From Candidatus Moanibacter sp. (GTDB taxonomy: Bacteria > Verrucomicrobiota > Verrucomicrobiia > Opitutales > UBA2987): a stretch of DNA of 19,099 bases. Below are positions 16,355-19,099 of the stretch, in pieces. The stretch spans positions 1-19,099 of the forward strand of contig CBDCEW010000007.1 of NCBI GenBank assembly GCA_965215885.1. Reading direction: 5' to 3'. Under the pieces are notes generated by a model. The model made no database searches, had not been told where the DNA came from, and was given only the letters and a program-made list of their open reading frames with translations. Each line of letters begins with the position of its first letter. The stretch's first letter is position 1. Both the position numbers and the translations under genes were made by a program.

Positions 16355-17079
16355 GGCGAAAGGCAGAACATTGCGATACCGGCGGCGACGGAGGCGTTCA
16401 AGGAATTGATCCTGCCGTGTTGGGGAAGCCGGACGTTGAAGTCGGCGTTTCTTAGAATATATTGCCCGACAGCCTGGTCCTCCCCTCCCACTACGAGCAT
16501 GATCTTTTGACGGCTCGCATCGTTAAGCTGGGAGATGTCGCACGATCCCTTCACGTCGAGAGCTACTACGAGAAACCCGTTTTCCTTTGCTTTCGAGGCA
16601 GCGTTGTTCGCTGAGAAATCTTTAGAGATTCTTAGAAACTCACTGGCGCCCGCAGAAGCTTTTACGACTGAGGGAAAAACGGGAGGGACCCCTTTCTTTG
16701 CCAGGAGGATTGAATTGAATCCAAACACTTCCGCGCTTCGCAGGATTGCCCCTACGTTTTGAGGATCTTCCACATTGTCGAGGAGGAGCAATCGAGGACT
16801 CCCAAGTTGATCGTGGAAGGTTGAATACGGGTAAGGACCGGAATCCAGGACAGCCCCCTGGTGATCGTGAGTTCCGCAGAGGTTGAAGAGGTGTCCCCTG
16901 TTAGTCCATGTGGCGGGGATCCGGTTTCCATGAAGGAGGGCGAAGAGCTTCTTTATACGTGGGTTTCGTTTTGCCGATTCGCTCAGGTATGCGGTGGAGA
17001 CCTTCCGGCGACCGGCGCGGATGGCTTCGAATGCCGGGTTCAAGCCGTAGAGGAACTCTTTGTCAGGGCTGGAACGCAC
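16300..17079 (-). CDS. rlmB: 23S rRNA (guanosine-2'-O)-methyltransferase RlmB, SpoU/TrmH family
   Basis: LYGLNPAFEAI, HQG, LDNVEDPQNVGAILRSA, KASAGA, VVGGED, INSLNASVAAGI. Confidence 0.85.
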   Translation of the reverse strand: MRSSPDKEFLYGLNPAFEAIRAGRRKVSTAYLSESAKRNPRIKKLFALLHGNRIPATWTNRGHLFNLCGTHDHQGAVLDSGPYPYSTFHDQLGSPRLLLLDNVEDPQNVGAILRSAEVFGFNSILLAKKGVPPVFPSVVKASAGASEFLRISKDFSANNAASKAKENGFLVVALDVKGSCDISQLNDASRQKIMLVVGGEDQAVGQYILRNADFNVRLPQHGRINSLNASVAAGIAMFCLSPYSCLGRNTSITDSSASR

Positions 17080-17123
17080 TTAAGAGTTCAGCGGTCGGTG
17101 GGAGGTGGAGAGTGATCAACGAA

Positions 17124-19099
17124 TTAGTCCGCTTCCTGTTTCTTGCTTGCGGCGATGACCTTTTGTTCGAAGTCGCGCTGCATTTCCTCGTAGTGGCTGA
17201 ATTCTTCTGAATGAACGCCACGGCCTCCAGTGAGGGAGCGGAGCACGGTAGAGTAGCGGTACATCTCCATTTGCGGGACCTTTGCCTTGATAACTTGAAA
17301 ACTCCCCTGAGCCTCCATCCCCATGATTCTCCCTCTACGGCCGGATATGTCTCCCATTACGTCACCGAGATTTTCTTCCGGCACCTTTACTTCGACAACG
17401 AAAATGGGCTCCAGGAGGAACGGTCGGGCGCTCTTAAACGCCTCTCTGAAAGCCTGTTTACCAGCAATTTGAAAGGCCACGTCTTTAGAATCGACCGGAT
17501 GCATTTTACCGTCATAAAAATCGATTTTTAGATCAACTACTCTGTAACCGGCCAGGATCCCTTCGCTGCATGATGAATTGACACCCTTTTGGACAGAAGG
17601 GACAAAAATTCTGTCTACATTTTGCCCAACGAGAGAGTTTGTAAACTCGACTCCGGAATTTCTGGGCAGGGGTTCTATACGCATCCAAACCTCAGCGAAC
17701 TGGCCTGCTCCCCCGGTTTGCTTTTTGTGCCGATACTTTGATGCTCCGCTGGCTTTAATAGTTTCGCGGAAGGGTATTCTCGGCTCGACGAGATCGATAT
17801 CGACATTGAATCGATTCTTGAGCGCCTCGGTAATTACCTGCAAATGCAGTTCGCCCTGTCCCGAGATGACAGTCTGATGGAGTTCCCCATCCACTCTGTA
17901 GAGAAAAGTGGGATCTTCCTCGTGGAGAGTGGCTAGGCCAACTGCAATCCTATCTTCGTCTCCCTTGGCTTTGAGTTTAAGAGCCCCGTGAATGTTAGGT
18001 TTGGGATAGACGACTTCGGGCAGTTTTACGACTTTTTGGCGGCTGCACAAAGTATTTCCGGAGTGTGTATTTTTCAGTTTAACTACTGCGCCAATATCTC
18101 CGGCTGATAAAGATTCGACACTGGTCCGATTTTTCCCTGACAGAGAATAGATCTGCCCGATGCGCTCGTTGGCATTCTTGGCACTGTTGTGCAATTCCAA
18201 TCCCGGTTTTATGGACCCCGAATAGAGCCGAAAAAAAGAGAGGTCACCAACGTGCGCCTCACTGATTGTCTTGAATACCAGCAAAACCGGTTCCGGATCG
18301 GTGAGGGCGATGGAAACATCCGCTTCGCTATCGTTGAGGCCGTCAACCTCCTCGCGGTCTGTTGGAGAAGAGCCGAATCTCGCGATAAAATCCATGACGC
18401 GGGCAACACCGACGTTGATTTCGGCGGCGGTCACGAAGAGTGGAAGGAAGACCTCATTTTGAAAAGCGTGATGAATTCCGCTCCGCATCTCCTCTTCGGT
18501 GAGGTTGCCCTCGTCGAAGAATTTCGCGAGTAGTGAATCGTCCGATTCCGCGACGTACTCGATGAGTTCCTGATGGAGTCTTTCGGCCTCTCCTTCCCAT
18601 TCACCTGTGGCGGGCGATTCTTCGTATTTTCCGCTTTCATCCGTGCTGTAGGTGACCAGCTTGCGCCGAAGGACATCGAGGACCTGGTTAAATCCGGGGC
18701 CAGGATTGACGGGAACGGTCATGGGAAAGACCTTTTTCCCAAACCGCGCTCGAAGTATTTCGAAGAGCGCATCGAAGTCGACATGCTCGTGATCAAAGCC
18801 GTTGGCCACCAAGAGCTTCGGTAGCTGGTTCTCTGTAGCGTAATCCCAGACCTGCTCCGTCCCCACCTCTACGCCGTGGATTGCGTTAATTACGACGATG
18901 GCGGAGTCAGAAACCCGCAGTGGGCCCAGGGCGTCGCTGATAAAGTCGAGGTATCCGGGAGTATCAATGACATTGAATTTCTTCTCCTGCCAGTGGAAAT
19001 GCATCAGGGAAGCGCTGATTGATATTTGGCGCTTCTGTTCCTCCTGATGGTAATCAGAGACAGTGCTGCCCTTTTCAACGCTTCCGAGCCGGTTGATAA
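17124..19099 (-). CDS. fusA: Elongation factor G paralogue (EF-G2/EF-G II type), 5'-partial
   Basis: The frame is open to the window edge (INRLGSVEKGSTVSDYHQEEQKRQISISASLMH). EF-G motifs GQGELHL, HKKQTGGAGQF, DGKMHPVDS, LLEPI, LRSLTGGRG. GTPase motifs are non-canonical. Confidence 0.92.
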   Translation of the reverse strand, partial: INRLGSVEKGSTVSDYHQEEQKRQISISASLMHFHWQEKKFNVIDTPGYLDFISDALGPLRVSDSAIVVINAIHGVEVGTEQVWDYATENQLPKLLVANGFDHEHVDFDALFEILRARFGKKVFPMTVPVNPGPGFNQVLDVLRRKLVTYSTDESGKYEESPATGEWEGEAERLHQELIEYVAESDDSLLAKFFDEGNLTEEEMRSGIHHAFQNEVFLPLFVTAAEINVGVARVMDFIARFGSSPTDREEVDGLNDSEADVSIALTDPEPVLLVFKTISEAHVGDLSFFRLYSGSIKPGLELHNSAKNANERIGQIYSLSGKNRTSVESLSAGDIGAVVKLKNTHSGNTLCSRQKVVKLPEVVYPKPNIHGALKLKAKGDEDRIAVGLATLHEEDPTFLYRVDGELHQTVISGQGELHLQVITEALKNRFNVDIDLVEPRIPFRETIKASGASKYRHKKQTGGAGQFAEVWMRIEPLPRNSGVEFTNSLVGQNVDRIFVPSVQKGVNSSCSEGILAGYRVVDLKIDFYDGKMHPVDSKDVAFQIAGKQAFREAFKSARPFLLEPIFVVEVKVPEENLGDVMGDISGRRGRIMGMEAQGSFQVIKAKVPQMEMYRYSTVLRSLTGGRGVHSEEFSHYEEMQRDFEQKVIAASKKQEAD

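Overview
A bacterial chromosomal window, probably Verrucomicrobiota/PVC (an inference from the IleRS, PilD and M23 motif style). Core genes: 5' part of ileS (minus strand, runs off the left edge), a small lipoprotein, a 74-aa hypothetical protein, an NCS1 nucleobase permease, prepilin peptidase, M23 peptidase, adenosine deaminase, a hybrid PAS histidine kinase, mog, an RlmB-type methyltransferase and a divergent EF-G paralogue (runs off the right edge). Two complete IS elements are present: a DUF4338/DruA-fused ISAs1 element split at a C5T5 site, and an ISNCY-like element inserted into the end of a MITE. The best unannotated signal is upstream of ileS: a 45-aa leader ORF with an Ile cluster (IIISI), an antiterminator strand and an intrinsic terminator. 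This is a ribosome-mediated attenuator layout rather than a T-box. Also notable are three copies of a CTAG-ended modular MITE carrying 16-bp palindromes and shuffled or inverted ~27-bp modules, and a ~230-bp nested inverted-repeat structure upstream of the M23 gene.
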